Positions 7,830 through 16,567 of a DNA stretch of 56,349 nt are shown one piece after another. The stretch's first letter is position 1. Every line of letters starts with the position of its first letter. The notes beneath the pieces were generated by a model. The model was not told the DNA's origin, made no database searches, and was given only the letters and a program-made list of their open reading frames with translations. Source of the stretch: Candidatus Natronoplasma sp. (GTDB taxonomy: Archaea; Thermoplasmatota; Thermoplasmata; Halarchaeoplasmatales; Halarchaeoplasmataceae); contig JBMCEH010000001.1 in NCBI GenBank assembly GCA_048620775.1, positions 1-56,349 of the forward strand. The letters are read 5' to 3'. The position numbers and the translations under genes are program-made.

Positions 7830-8969
7830 TCAATCCGTTGTGTCTCCTGCTTTTTCTTCCTTTTTCTGCCGCTCCCTGAAACTCCTTTGAGTCAGTCCGG
7901 CTAAGATTCCTATCAACAGACCTAAAGTTATATTTATAGCCACCATAGGAAAGATCTGTTCGCTCTCCATACCCACTATACCTCTTATATAATCCAACGC
8001 ACCCCAGGATATGAAAGTCAATGCAAAAAGTGTGAGGAACACTGCCCAGAAAGACCATTTTACTCGTCCTTTCTTTATGTACGTATCGATCAACCTACCG
8101 AGTTCATGCAGGAATATGGCACCGATCCACCACCATATTACTGTAGATGAAAAACTCAATGCCATCTCTAAGGGCGAAGTTAAGTCCTCTTCGACAATCA
8201 CATTCCAACCTTGAAGAGAACTCCCTATAAGGATAAGGATAGAAACTGCCGTAAAAGGCAACCAAACAGATCCGCTAGCAATAGCCTCCTTGAGTTTATT
8301 ATAAGTCCCTAAAGCCTTTCTATCTAATTCATATATTCTCGCAAATATATATGCGCCTATAACGAAGAAAATTATACCTATCCCAAATCCAGGAAGGCCT
8401 GTTAGTGCACCGACGCCTTCAATGAACAGATTGCTCAATAAGGCTATGATCCTGAAAAAGCCGTAGACAAGGAGGGCCAAAGAGATAGGTAGCAGGAACT
8501 TCCTTTTAGATTTTTCTTCCTGAAAAGTTTTCACAAAGAGATAATAAAGATTTTCTACACTTTCACTCTGTTTGACATAAACAGTTCTTATATGAGATAT
8601 ATCTATTTTTGATGAAACGATTGGGCTTATATACTCATCTTCTGCACCGTCGGTTACAAAAATCGCAGAGTCTGCCTCAGTTTTTTCCAAGACATAGTCC
8701 AATTCTTTTCCAAGTGCTGTATCTGATGCGTAACCTATGGAAGATGCTCCACAGATAGTTGCTATCTCTACGTCTTCGCCATTTTCTTTTAAATCATCAT
8801 AAATTGAAATAGCTGAGAATATCGAATTGGTATCTGAATCTTCCGGATCTTCCAATCCCAATTTTATAGCTGCTTGTAGGTTTTCCTCTCTTCCGATTAT
8901 AGGAGTTTCTAAACCAGTTTTTTCGCCTATGTCGTCATCTCGATCTGCACATAATATGAGTTTTCGCAT
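7830..8969 (-). CDS. DUF373-family membrane protein
   Basis: Soluble N-terminal domain (LILCADRDDDIGEKTG, FVTDGAEDE) followed by about 6 hydrophobic helices, as in archaeal DUF373/COG2237. Confidence 0.55.
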   Translation of the reverse strand: MRKLILCADRDDDIGEKTGLETPIIGREENLQAAIKLGLEDPEDSDTNSIFSAISIYDDLKENGEDVEIATICGASSIGYASDTALGKELDYVLEKTEADSAIFVTDGAEDEYISPIVSSKIDISHIRTVYVKQSESVENLYYLFVKTFQEEKSKRKFLLPISLALLVYGFFRIIALLSNLFIEGVGALTGLPGFGIGIIFFVIGAYIFARIYELDRKALGTYNKLKEAIASGSVWLPFTAVSILILIGSSLQGWNVIVEEDLTSPLEMALSFSSTVIWWWIGAIFLHELGRLIDTYIKKGRVKWSFWAVFLTLFALTFISWGALDYIRGIVGMESEQIFPMVAINITLGLLIGILAGLTQRSFRERQKKEEKAGDTTD

Positions 8970-9060
8970 CTATCTCTCCTCGATATCCCGCGAGAGGGGT
9001 TGTTAATATTTTTATCACAATATTTAGTATTTGCCGATGTTTTTTGAGAAACCTGACCGT

Positions 9061-9579
9061 TCACCCCAATAAACGGGCAAGATAACCCAAAAATTCGCTC
9101 AGCGGCATGCCGTCCTCCCAGGGAAGTTTGTAATTGTCATGGACAGTTGTCCTGACACTCGGTAACTTTTTATTCAATACTCTGTACTTCTTGGACAAGC
9201 CCTCTATATCCATGGTAAATAATCTCCACTTATCGCCTCTGTGTCTCTTCAGTCTATAGGCATAGATAGGGAGTAATTTTGTGTCGGTGCAAATCTCCTC
9301 TATCTTTTCTGCCTGTTCCTTCAATCTCTTTTGATCGCTCAAATACAATACCTCCTTTTTAGAAGACTTCACCTCTATAAGAAAAGACACATCACCTCGA
9401 ACGGCGACGAGATCGACACCTAAACTTCCAGCTCCTCTCACCACCAAGAAAGGAATGTTTTGCACTCTGTAATAGTCCTCTTTCTGACCTTCAGTACAGG
9501 TCTTAGTTAGGCTTTCAATAACTTCTTCATCGCCGGAAAGAACGCTTTTCAGTTCTCTTTCATATTTCCCTTGCGCCAT
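9061..9579 (-). CDS. hjc: Holliday junction resolvase Hjc-like nuclease
   Basis: GKYERELK, VVRGAGSLGVDLVAV and IEVKSSKK give the E...D...E-x-K nuclease signature. At 172 aa it is longer than typical Hjc. Confidence 0.5.
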   Translation of the reverse strand: MAQGKYERELKSVLSGDEEVIESLTKTCTEGQKEDYYRVQNIPFLVVRGAGSLGVDLVAVRGDVSFLIEVKSSKKEVLYLSDQKRLKEQAEKIEEICTDTKLLPIYAYRLKRHRGDKWRLFTMDIEGLSKKYRVLNKKLPSVRTTVHDNYKLPWEDGMPLSEFLGYLARLLG

Positions 9580-9621
9580 TTTTTCAGAGCTCGATTTTTC
9601 AAATTATCCGGAAGACTCTTT

Positions 9622-10941
9622 TTATGGTTCCAATCTCTTAGGATCTCTAGGGAAGAGTATCCCCTCACGAACGTTATCCAAGTTCAAAAGTTGCTGAAGC
9701 AATCTGTCCACACCCAATCCTATTCCACCATGGGGAGGCATGCCATACTTAAATGGTTCTAAGTAGGAATTAAAGTTTTCTAAGTCTATTCCGATCTCCT
9801 CCATCTGATCCACAAGTATGTCATACCGGTGTTCTCTCTGACCGCCCGAAACTAGTTCTTGACCTTTGTATTCGAGATCGAAATAAGTCGTAAGTGAAGG
9901 GTCGTATTCCTTCCTCATAGCATAAAACGTACCCTCTTTGACTTTCGTCGGGAATTCAGTGATGAAGAAGAACTCTTTTCCGTATTCCTCTTCCATGTAC
10001 TCGCCTAGCATCTTTTCTTCTTCAGTACCTATCTCAGGTCCCTCTTCCCATTCCTTACCCAAATCCTCAAGGATTGCTATACATTCCCTATACGGTACTT
10101 TTTTGAACGGGTGTTGTGGAATATTCAATTCCACCCCCAATCTCTCGAGCTTTTCTTTCCCGTGTTCTTTTACATAAGAAAGAGCGTGCCTGATCATATA
10201 ACTTGTCATATCCATGATGTCCGCAGAACTTTCGATGAAAGATATCTCAAAATCCAAAGAGATGAATTCCGAGGTGTGTCTTACCGTGGCAAAATCTTCG
10301 GCTCTATAAGCGGGAGCTATCTCATAAACTCTTTCAAAACCCGATGCCATGAGCATCTGCTTATATAACTGGGGGCTCTGAGCCAGGTAGGCGTCTTGAT
10401 CATAGTAATCTAACTCGAAAAGAGTCGCTCCGCCTTCCGCTCCAGCCGCAACTATTTTTGGAGTATTGACCTCTATAAAATCTTCTTGATCAAAAAAATC
10501 TCTCAATCCCTCTAAAAGTATATCTCTGATTTCAAAAATTAATCTTTTTTCTTCCTTCCTCAAATCGAGAAAGCGATTATCGAATCGGGTACCCATCTCC
10601 GAATCTACTTTATCCACTACACCCAACGGAAGAGGTTTGGATGCCTCAGATTCTACTTTTATCGAAATTGGAATTATTTCAAAGCCCAGTTCCGTTTGAT
10701 CCGTAGTCTTCTTCTCACCTTCTATTATAACTACACTCTCTCTAGGTATCTCGATAGCCTCTTCGAAGGTTTCTTCCCCCATCTCGTCTTCCGAGAGAAC
10801 CACCTGAAATACGCCTGTTCTATCTCTGATCTTCAGAAAAGCTATGCCACCAAGTTTTTTAGTTTCCTGAAGCCATCCACCCAACTTGCATCTGCGACCC
10901 CCCTGGAGTTCAACAGCTTCTCTAGCATTGATCCTATTCAT
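9622..10941 (-). CDS. aspS: aspartyl-tRNA synthetase, archaeal type
   Basis: Class II motifs (FRAEDS-like YRAEDFATVRHTSEF, GGIGLGVDRL) and the C-terminal FPRDPKRLEP. The start is placed at MNRINAREAV (ATG 10939-10941), not the track's 21-aa extension. Confidence 0.9.
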   Translation of the reverse strand: MNRINAREAVELQGGRRCKLGGWLQETKKLGGIAFLKIRDRTGVFQVVLSEDEMGEETFEEAIEIPRESVVIIEGEKKTTDQTELGFEIIPISIKVESEASKPLPLGVVDKVDSEMGTRFDNRFLDLRKEEKRLIFEIRDILLEGLRDFFDQEDFIEVNTPKIVAAGAEGGATLFELDYYDQDAYLAQSPQLYKQMLMASGFERVYEIAPAYRAEDFATVRHTSEFISLDFEISFIESSADIMDMTSYMIRHALSYVKEHGKEKLERLGVELNIPQHPFKKVPYRECIAILEDLGKEWEEGPEIGTEEEKMLGEYMEEEYGKEFFFITEFPTKVKEGTFYAMRKEYDPSLTTYFDLEYKGQELVSGGQREHRYDILVDQMEEIGIDLENFNSYLEPFKYGMPPHGGIGLGVDRLLQQLLNLDNVREGILFPRDPKRLEP

Positions 10942-11042
10942 AATAAAGGTGAATAAGGGAGGGATATAAAAGAGTTCAGGATAGAGATATTGACTTCTAC
11001 CCAAAACTCAAATAAACCTAATAGATATTTATCAGCGATACT

Positions 11043-11369
11043 ATGGGTAAAAATCGTTATGATGTAAAAAGAGGTCATTTTGAGAATATCGAGGGCGAGA
11101 AACTGAAAAAGTTGTTGGAAGAGAAGTTCGGTGAGGTTAAGGAAGAAGGAGAAAAACTTATAGTCAATGACGAGGGGGCCATAAGTCATCTTGAAGTCTG
11201 GACAGAAGGTAGAACCGGATTGTGGGTGAACTTACAGATGAATGATGATGTAGAGAACGAGGTCGCCTCCAATACCATATCCCTATGGAACGACTTTCTC
11301 GAAGAGGCGACCGGCTTCACCGCAAAAAAGAGGAGAGAAAGGGCGAAAAAGAAAGCGAAAGAAAAGTAA
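11043..11369 (+). CDS. small conserved-looking hypothetical protein with a basic tail
   Basis: 108-aa ORF, divergent from aspS, with a C-terminal KKRRERAKKKAKEK. Family not recognised with confidence. Confidence 0.4.
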   Translation: MGKNRYDVKRGHFENIEGEKLKKLLEEKFGEVKEEGEKLIVNDEGAISHLEVWTEGRTGLWVNLQMNDDVENEVASNTISLWNDFLEEATGFTAKKRRERAKKKAKEK

Positions 11370-11503
11370 TAGATGGTGACAAATCTTCAAACATCTGTTT
11401 TTTCTAATTTCTTCCATTTTATATATAACTTTGATAGATCCTTCAGTATTATTTATTAAGATTTTCAAAAGATATATATAGTTTCTGACTATACCTCCAA
11501 AAA

Positions 11504-12088
11504 GTGATCGCAATGTCTGAGGAAAATAAGCTCGCAAATCCCGCCCCCTTGGGTCTGATGGGCTTCGGAATGACTACTGTACTACTGAACATCTACAACG
11601 CGATGAACTGGAGTCCCAGCAGTATGATTCTTGCTATGGGGATATTCTATGGTGGTTTCGCTCAGTTGATCGCAGGTTGGTGGGAAATGAAATACGGTAA
11701 TACTTTCCCCGCTGTAGCTTTCAGTTCATATGGCTTATTTTGGTTGAGCTTCGTCGGGTTGAATATCATACCTAATGTTGTTGAAGGTATACCCGAGCCA
11801 AACCTTACAGCAATGGCTGCTTATCTAGCGATGTGGGGTCTTTTCACCGGATGGATGTTCCTCTCGACACTTAAAATAAATAGAGCCCTGCAAGTGGTAT
11901 TTGGAACATTGACGATACTGTTCTTCCTGTTAGCTATCGGAGATGCGCTAAACTCAAGTACAATAATTATGATAGCAGGGATCGAAGGGATCATCTGTGG
12001 ATTCAGCGCCGTATATACTGCTCTAGCCGAAGTAACTAACGAGTACTACGAAAAGACGATATTCCCAATCGGACCAGTAGAAGGTTGA
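11504..12088 (+). CDS. GPR1/FUN34/YaaH (SatP-type) acetate/succinate channel
   Basis: N-terminal signature [14 protein letters not shown] followed by six hydrophobic segments. Confidence 0.85.
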   Translation: MIAMSEENKLANPAPLGLMGFGMTTVLLNIYNAMNWSPSSMILAMGIFYGGFAQLIAGWWEMKYGNTFPAVAFSSYGLFWLSFVGLNIIPNVVEGIPEPNLTAMAAYLAMWGLFTGWMFLSTLKINRALQVVFGTLTILFFLLAIGDALNSSTIIMIAGIEGIICGFSAVYTALAEVTNEYYEKTIFPIGPVEG

Positions 12089-12164
12089 GAAAGGTGATCA
12101 AAGAGAAAAATTTCTTGGCCTCTAGATAAACCTTTTCATTACGTCTTTTCTTTCTTTTTGCATA

Positions 12165-12183
12165 TTTTCCACCGGAAAACGAA
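12165..12183 (+). repeat. ORB-like element 1 (mini-ORB)
   Basis: TTTTCCACCGGAAAACGAA, with dyad TTTTCC-acc-GGAAAA. It resembles the archaeal ORB core TTCCA-N-TGGAAAC-GAA. Confidence 0.5.
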
Positions 12184-12471
12184 TTTGAAAAATAGTTAAC
12201 CGGATATTCGGCGAACTTTTCGGCTCGATTACCGAAAGGATTAGGTTATTTATTCATGGAATTTATTATAAATACGGCTTATTTTAGTTTATAAAGGTAC
12301 TTAAAGCGTCATACAAAATCTTTTTAAACTCGCCTCTACAAAACCCCAAAAATCGTCTGACGAAAGCTTTTTAATGTTATAGATAATCCTAATTTCCCTA
12401 ATAGCGAACCCCGAATAACCGAGTGAAAGTAGATAAGAAGCGCATATCACCCAAATCAGATTGCGGTGGAG

Positions 12472-12495
12472 TTTTCCACCTGAAACGAAGGGGTG
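12472..12495 (+). repeat. ORB-like element 2 with G-string
   Basis: TTTTCCACCTGAAACGAAGGGGTG, preceded by GGTGGA, which forms a dyad with TCCACC. It shares TTTTCCACC..GAAA(A)CGAA with element 1. Confidence 0.55.
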
Positions 12496-12524
12496 TTACC
12501 GGGGCGCTAAAGGAGGAAAGACAG

Positions 12525-13814
12525 ATGATAGGTCAGGAAAACGTATTCAAATCCTATATGGACTCAAGTTCCCTATTCAAAGGGGACCGAGATATATTAC
12601 GCCCCTCTTACGTTCCTGAAGAATTACCGCATAGAAAAGAACAGATAAATGATCTTGCTTCTATTATGGTTACGGCTCTAAGAGGAAACCGGCCTTCGAA
12701 TGTACTCATCTTCGGTAAAACAGGAACAGGTAAGACCGCGGTAGTTAGATATCTAGAAAGAGAAATCAACCGATTGAAAAGAGAAAAACAGGAGAGCAAA
12801 CTGAACACAGAATTTAGCGATTTTGATATCGATAGAGTAGAATATGTATATATAAACTGTGAGGTCGTAGATACCCATTATGGGGTCATGAAAAACATAG
12901 GGAACAAATTCGTTGAGGATTGGGACGAACAGATACCTTTCACCGGGTGGCCGATGGAAAAAGTTTATGAATCCCTTAAAGACCGAATAGAAGAAGAAAA
13001 AAGGGTTGTAGTAATAATCCTCGATGAGCTGGACAAATTGGTGACAAAAAGTGGTGACAGCGTCCTGTATCATCTCTCAAAGATAAACTCTGAATTGGAA
13101 AAAAGTAAAGTCAGCCTCATAGGTATTTCGAATAATCTAAAGTTCACTGAATTTTTAGACCCTAGAGTCAAAAGCAGACTCGGCGAAGAAAAGATGATAT
13201 TCCCACCATACAATGCTGATCAACTAAAGGATATCCTCGGGGATAGGGCTAGGAAGGCTTTTGAACCAGATATATTGGGCAATGATGTTACCTCACTCTG
13301 TGCGGCTTTAGCCGCCCAGGAACACGGGGACGCAAGGAGAGCACTTGATCTCCTCCGTGTTTCTACGGAGATCGCAGAACGGGATGATGATGCCTCAGTA
13401 AATACCAATCATGTGTATAAAGCAAAAAACAAAATAGAACAAGATTGTGTGAGAGAAGCAGTCAACACATTACCAACTCATTCAAAAATCGTACTCTACT
13501 CAATACTCCTTATGCATGAAAATGGGAGGGATAAACTGACTACTGGAGAGGTCTATTCGGGCTATAAACAGTTGAGCAAAAAGTCAGGCATGGATCCTCT
13601 TACACAAAGAAGGATAACCGATCTGATTTCTGAATTGGATATGCTGGGACTGATAAATGCTAGAGTCAAATCTTTCGGTAGAAGAGGCAGGACTAAAGAG
13701 ATCCAAGCTTCCGTACCCAAATCAGATATCATAGACTTGATAGAGGACGACAAAAGCATAGAAACTGTCAAAAATCTCAATTCTCACAATCCTAAACAAA
13801 CCACGCTGATATGA
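12525..13814 (+). CDS. cdc6: Orc1/Cdc6 replication initiator
   Basis: PEELPHRKEQI, Walker A GKTGTGKT, Walker B VVIILDELD and a C-terminal winged-helix region. The ATG at 12525 is preceded by AGGAGG at 12511-12516. The track's GTG extension would run through ORB element 2. Confidence 0.9.
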   Translation: MIGQENVFKSYMDSSSLFKGDRDILRPSYVPEELPHRKEQINDLASIMVTALRGNRPSNVLIFGKTGTGKTAVVRYLEREINRLKREKQESKLNTEFSDFDIDRVEYVYINCEVVDTHYGVMKNIGNKFVEDWDEQIPFTGWPMEKVYESLKDRIEEEKRVVVIILDELDKLVTKSGDSVLYHLSKINSELEKSKVSLIGISNNLKFTEFLDPRVKSRLGEEKMIFPPYNADQLKDILGDRARKAFEPDILGNDVTSLCAALAAQEHGDARRALDLLRVSTEIAERDDDASVNTNHVYKAKNKIEQDCVREAVNTLPTHSKIVLYSILLMHENGRDKLTTGEVYSGYKQLSKKSGMDPLTQRRITDLISELDMLGLINARVKSFGRRGRTKEIQASVPKSDIIDLIEDDKSIETVKNLNSHNPKQTTLI

Positions 13815-13834
13815 TATCAAAATAATAGGATAGT

Positions 13835-14767
13835 CTATTCTTCCCTCTCTTGACCCCTATCTGAGTTCAAATCTCTTCCGTTTCTGCTCTCGATTTGCGG
13901 ACTTTTACCTTTATCAACATCTTGTTTTTGGCCTATATCTTTAGAAGAATTTTTGTCTATCTCCTTCTCATATCCGCCCGTCATCTCAGAGTGAATTTTT
14001 GATCCGATCTCTACTATCATCGGTAGGAGTAAAATGATGGCAAGAGATATCGCAAAATTGTTCCAGCTGTTTCTTGGGATATGCTCCGTCCTGCCTATGT
14101 AAGCTAATTTGATTATTCCAAACCAGGGCAATTCTCCTGTAGCTCTACCTTTTATCCATTCTTCCTTTACAGGCGGAGATAATTGACGGGTAGATGTTTG
14201 ATCAATCTCATCATTATTATCTCCTCTTGTTATATATCCTCCGTGACTTAATTCCGAAAGATCTATTTCCAAATCGTCATCCTGGTGGCCATAATTATAG
14301 AGAGTTATTTTGCCATCTATGCCATAATAGGTCCCGTCTTCACTATCCCAGTCAGTACCATGTTCTAGATCCTGAAGACTAGGTATATCAAAAGTACCTT
14401 CTGCACTAGCGTTTTCCTCCAAGTACAAAACAGCCCGGTGTATTATCGGAGTTTCTTGTCTATCCCCATCAGGTTCAAATATTATCACGTCTCCGTATTG
14501 ACCGTACTTTCTGTAACCCGACGCTCTTCCCTCCACATAGGTCGTGATATCTTCTTTATCACTTTCCTGAACGATCACTATATCTCCAGGATCTATCACC
14601 CCTATTTGACTTTCCTGGCTATGCATCATACTCCCTGATTCGATAACTACCATGGGAGGCCATCTACCGCTAAAAGCATAAAGCGAACCTAAGATTATAC
14701 TTAATATAATGAGTGATATCAAGACGTCTTTTCCGATCCCTATGATTGTTTCTTCTATATCGGCCAT
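13835..14767 (-). CDS. signal peptidase I, archaeal/Sec11 type, with large insertions
   Basis: N-terminal TM helix, catalytic SGSMMH, PIIHRAV and ITRGDNN motifs, plus a second C-terminal TM helix. 310 aa. Confidence 0.7.
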   Translation of the reverse strand: MADIEETIIGIGKDVLISLIILSIILGSLYAFSGRWPPMVVIESGSMMHSQESQIGVIDPGDIVIVQESDKEDITTYVEGRASGYRKYGQYGDVIIFEPDGDRQETPIIHRAVLYLEENASAEGTFDIPSLQDLEHGTDWDSEDGTYYGIDGKITLYNYGHQDDDLEIDLSELSHGGYITRGDNNDEIDQTSTRQLSPPVKEEWIKGRATGELPWFGIIKLAYIGRTEHIPRNSWNNFAISLAIILLLPMIVEIGSKIHSEMTGGYEKEIDKNSSKDIGQKQDVDKGKSPQIESRNGRDLNSDRGQEREE

Positions 14768-14952
14768 GTTATCTTTCTCACTTCAGATCGTCTTTATTGA
14801 ACAAGGTACTGGTATACCTCACAATGTCAACCACATATAAACATGTATTTACTATTTCCCATATCATGAGTGAGAGAAAAGGAAAAACCTATGAAAGTAA
14901 TTACCTTAGATTTGAGAAAAAATAAAATAAATGTGTGTACACTTGCAGTCAC

Positions 14953-15564
14953 ATGAATCGACCAACCATAGACGAGTATTTTATGTCCATGGCACATCTA
15001 GTTTCCGAGAGATCTACATGCCTTCGAAGAAAGGTCGGTGCGGTAATGGTGAAAAACAAGCAAGTTTTGAGCACTGGATACAACGGCGCGCCAAAAGGTC
15101 TGCCTCATTGTGAGGAGTTGGGGGGATGTATGCGCCGGGGGGATATACATCCACCTTACATAGACATATTTTTAGAACAATACAAAGAAAACGAAGATAT
15201 CGATAAAAAAAAGATGTTAGAAGATATCGACTTTTTTCCCAAAAAAGGCGAGGGGGTAAAATCCGGACGAAGACATGAACTCTGTCGTGCGGTCCATGCT
15301 GAACAAAATGCAGTCATCCAAGCTGCTGTTTCTGGCGCAAGTATCAAAGGAAGCACCCTCTATTGTACCACCTACCCATGTGTTGTATGTGGTAAAATGC
15401 TGATAAATTCAGAAATAAAGGAGATCGTCTATGATGGGGAATATACGGATTCACTCTCTGAAAATATGCTAAATCAGAGCGATATAAAAATTAGGAGATT
15501 TGAAGGAAACAAGAGAGATGTACAGGAAACTATTGCAAGTTATATAAAAAATAAAGAAAAATAA
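14953..15564 (+). CDS. dCMP (deoxycytidylate) deaminase
   Basis: RSTCLRRKVGAV, GYNGAPKGLPHC, zinc motifs HAEQNAV and YPCVVCGKMLIN. It carries about a 40-aa acidic insertion before the HAE motif. Confidence 0.85.
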   Translation: MNRPTIDEYFMSMAHLVSERSTCLRRKVGAVMVKNKQVLSTGYNGAPKGLPHCEELGGCMRRGDIHPPYIDIFLEQYKENEDIDKKKMLEDIDFFPKKGEGVKSGRRHELCRAVHAEQNAVIQAAVSGASIKGSTLYCTTYPCVVCGKMLINSEIKEIVYDGEYTDSLSENMLNQSDIKIRRFEGNKRDVQETIASYIKNKEK

Positions 15565-15591
15565 AGAAGTTATTCGAGAGGTTTTTAGTCT

Positions 15592-15759
15592 TTAAAGACT
15601 CAGTGCATCAACGGGACAGACCTCTATACAGTTCCCACAGTCGATACATGTATCCTCGTCTACAACCGCTACTTCCTCAACGACGAAAGCATCTACAGGG
15701 CACTCTTCCTCGCATTGGGCGCACGCTATGCACGCATCTTCATCTACTTCAACTGGCAT
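15592..15759 (-). CDS. 2x[4Fe-4S] ferredoxin, 55 aa
   Basis: Below the track cutoff. Hand translation gives MPVEVDEDACIACAQCEEECPVDAFVVEEVAVVDEDTCIDCGNCIEVCPVDALSL, with two CxxCxxCxxxCP motifs. Confidence 0.75.
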   Translation of the reverse strand: MPVEVDEDACIACAQCEEECPVDAFVVEEVAVVDEDTCIDCGNCIEVCPVDALSL

Positions 15760-15809
15760 ATTACCATTTTTGGGAGTAGCGCCCTTTATAAAAATTTTAC
15801 TCTCGTATC

Positions 15810-15977
15810 TCAGAGCGATAGTGCGTCCACAGGACAGACCTCAACGCATTTGCCAATGTCTTCACATAATTCTTCGTCTACTATAGCCACGTCCTCAACA
15901 GTCATCGCATCGACCGGACACTCCTCCTCACACATCCCACATGCTATGCACGTATCTTCATCTATTTTTACTACCAT
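15810..15977 (-). CDS. ferredoxin paralogue, 55 aa, second cluster motif lacks one Cys
   Basis: Hand translation gives MVVKIDEDTCIACGMCEEECPVDAMTVEDVAIVDEELCEDIGKCVEVCPVDALSL. The first motif is CxxCxxCxxxCP; the second is CxxIxxCxxxCP. Confidence 0.7.
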   Translation of the reverse strand: MVVKIDEDTCIACGMCEEECPVDAMTVEDVAIVDEELCEDIGKCVEVCPVDALSL

Positions 15978-16086
15978 TTTAGTCACCTAGTGGTAAAATG
16001 GTCCCAATTCTTAAAAACTTTTCTATCCTATTTTTGAGTTATTCTTTGAGGAAAATTATATTAAATAGTGCTCGAAATCAAAGAGT

Positions 16087-16557
16087 ATGAAGATAATACT
16101 GGATGAAAATCTTCCTTCAAAGGTCAAGGAAGATATAGAAAAGATGCAGAGATGTAAGAACATATTAGACGTGAACGAGCATTATAAGGGCATTTTAGAT
16201 TTTGAGCTGGTTGATAAGATGAAAGAAGAAGATATAATGGTGACAAGAGATATTGAACTCCACGAAAATCTACTTAATTTAGGTAAGAAAAGCGTCTATT
16301 ACGATATCGAGCAGGGCAATTTGACCGAAGTGCAAATCAAACTAACTCATTATTTAAAAGGGTATGATCTGGATAGTGTTAATGCAGAATCTGGAGAAAA
16401 CGAACACGTGCCGAAAAACGTCAGTTCCCAATTGAGAAAAAGGTTCGATGAACTCAAAAAAGAGAATTCGAATCTGAAATCTAGAATAAATGTTTTAGAA
16501 GGAAAACTCAAATCGGTACTTAAAACCGCAGAATCGGCTTTAGATGATACAGATTAG
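16087..16557 (+). CDS. PIN-like (DUF5615/Mut7-C-like) domain protein with a C-terminal coiled coil
   Basis: An N-terminal MKIILDENLP...VTRDIEL pattern resembles DUF5615-type PIN-like domains. The C-terminus (LRKRFDELKKENSNLKSRINVLEGKLKSVL) is heptad-like. Confidence 0.35.
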   Translation: MKIILDENLPSKVKEDIEKMQRCKNILDVNEHYKGILDFELVDKMKEEDIMVTRDIELHENLLNLGKKSVYYDIEQGNLTEVQIKLTHYLKGYDLDSVNAESGENEHVPKNVSSQLRKRFDELKKENSNLKSRINVLEGKLKSVLKTAESALDDTD

Positions 16558-16567
16558 TTCACCAAGG

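Larger units (their letters stand above)
12089..12524. other. candidate replication origin (oriC) upstream of orc1/cdc6
   Basis: 436-nt non-coding gap directly upstream of orc1/cdc6. It holds two ORB-like boxes flanking a very AT-rich stretch (about 12241-12300, TTAGGTTATTTATTCATGGAATTTATTATAAATACGGCTTATTTTAGTTTATAAAGG). Confidence 0.6.

Noticed and set aside
10942-11004. 21-aa N-terminal extension of AspRS (MGRSQYLYPELFYIPPLFTFI)
   Set aside because: It is hydrophobic and aromatic, unlike AspRS N-termini. MNRINAREAV... at 10941 matches the usual beginning of the anticodon-binding domain.
12423-12524. GTG-initiated 34-aa N-terminal extension of the Orc1/Cdc6 ORF given in the track
   Set aside because: The extension is basic, non-homologous-looking sequence and would be translated through ORB-like element 2. 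An ATG with a well-spaced AGGAGG lies at 12525 and gives a normal Cdc6 N-terminus.
13855-13885. tRNA-like GTTCAAATC T-loop motif
   Set aside because: It lies inside the signal peptidase CDS with no surrounding acceptor or anticodon stems.
15715-15990. 91-aa plus-strand ORF (MGARYARIFIYF...)
   Set aside because: It is antisense to two short ORFs with perfect ferredoxin Cys motifs, which explain the region much better.
16087-16557. PIN-like ORF as part of a toxin-antitoxin pair
   Set aside because: No small antitoxin-like ORF is adjacent on either side, and the PIN-like assignment itself is weak.
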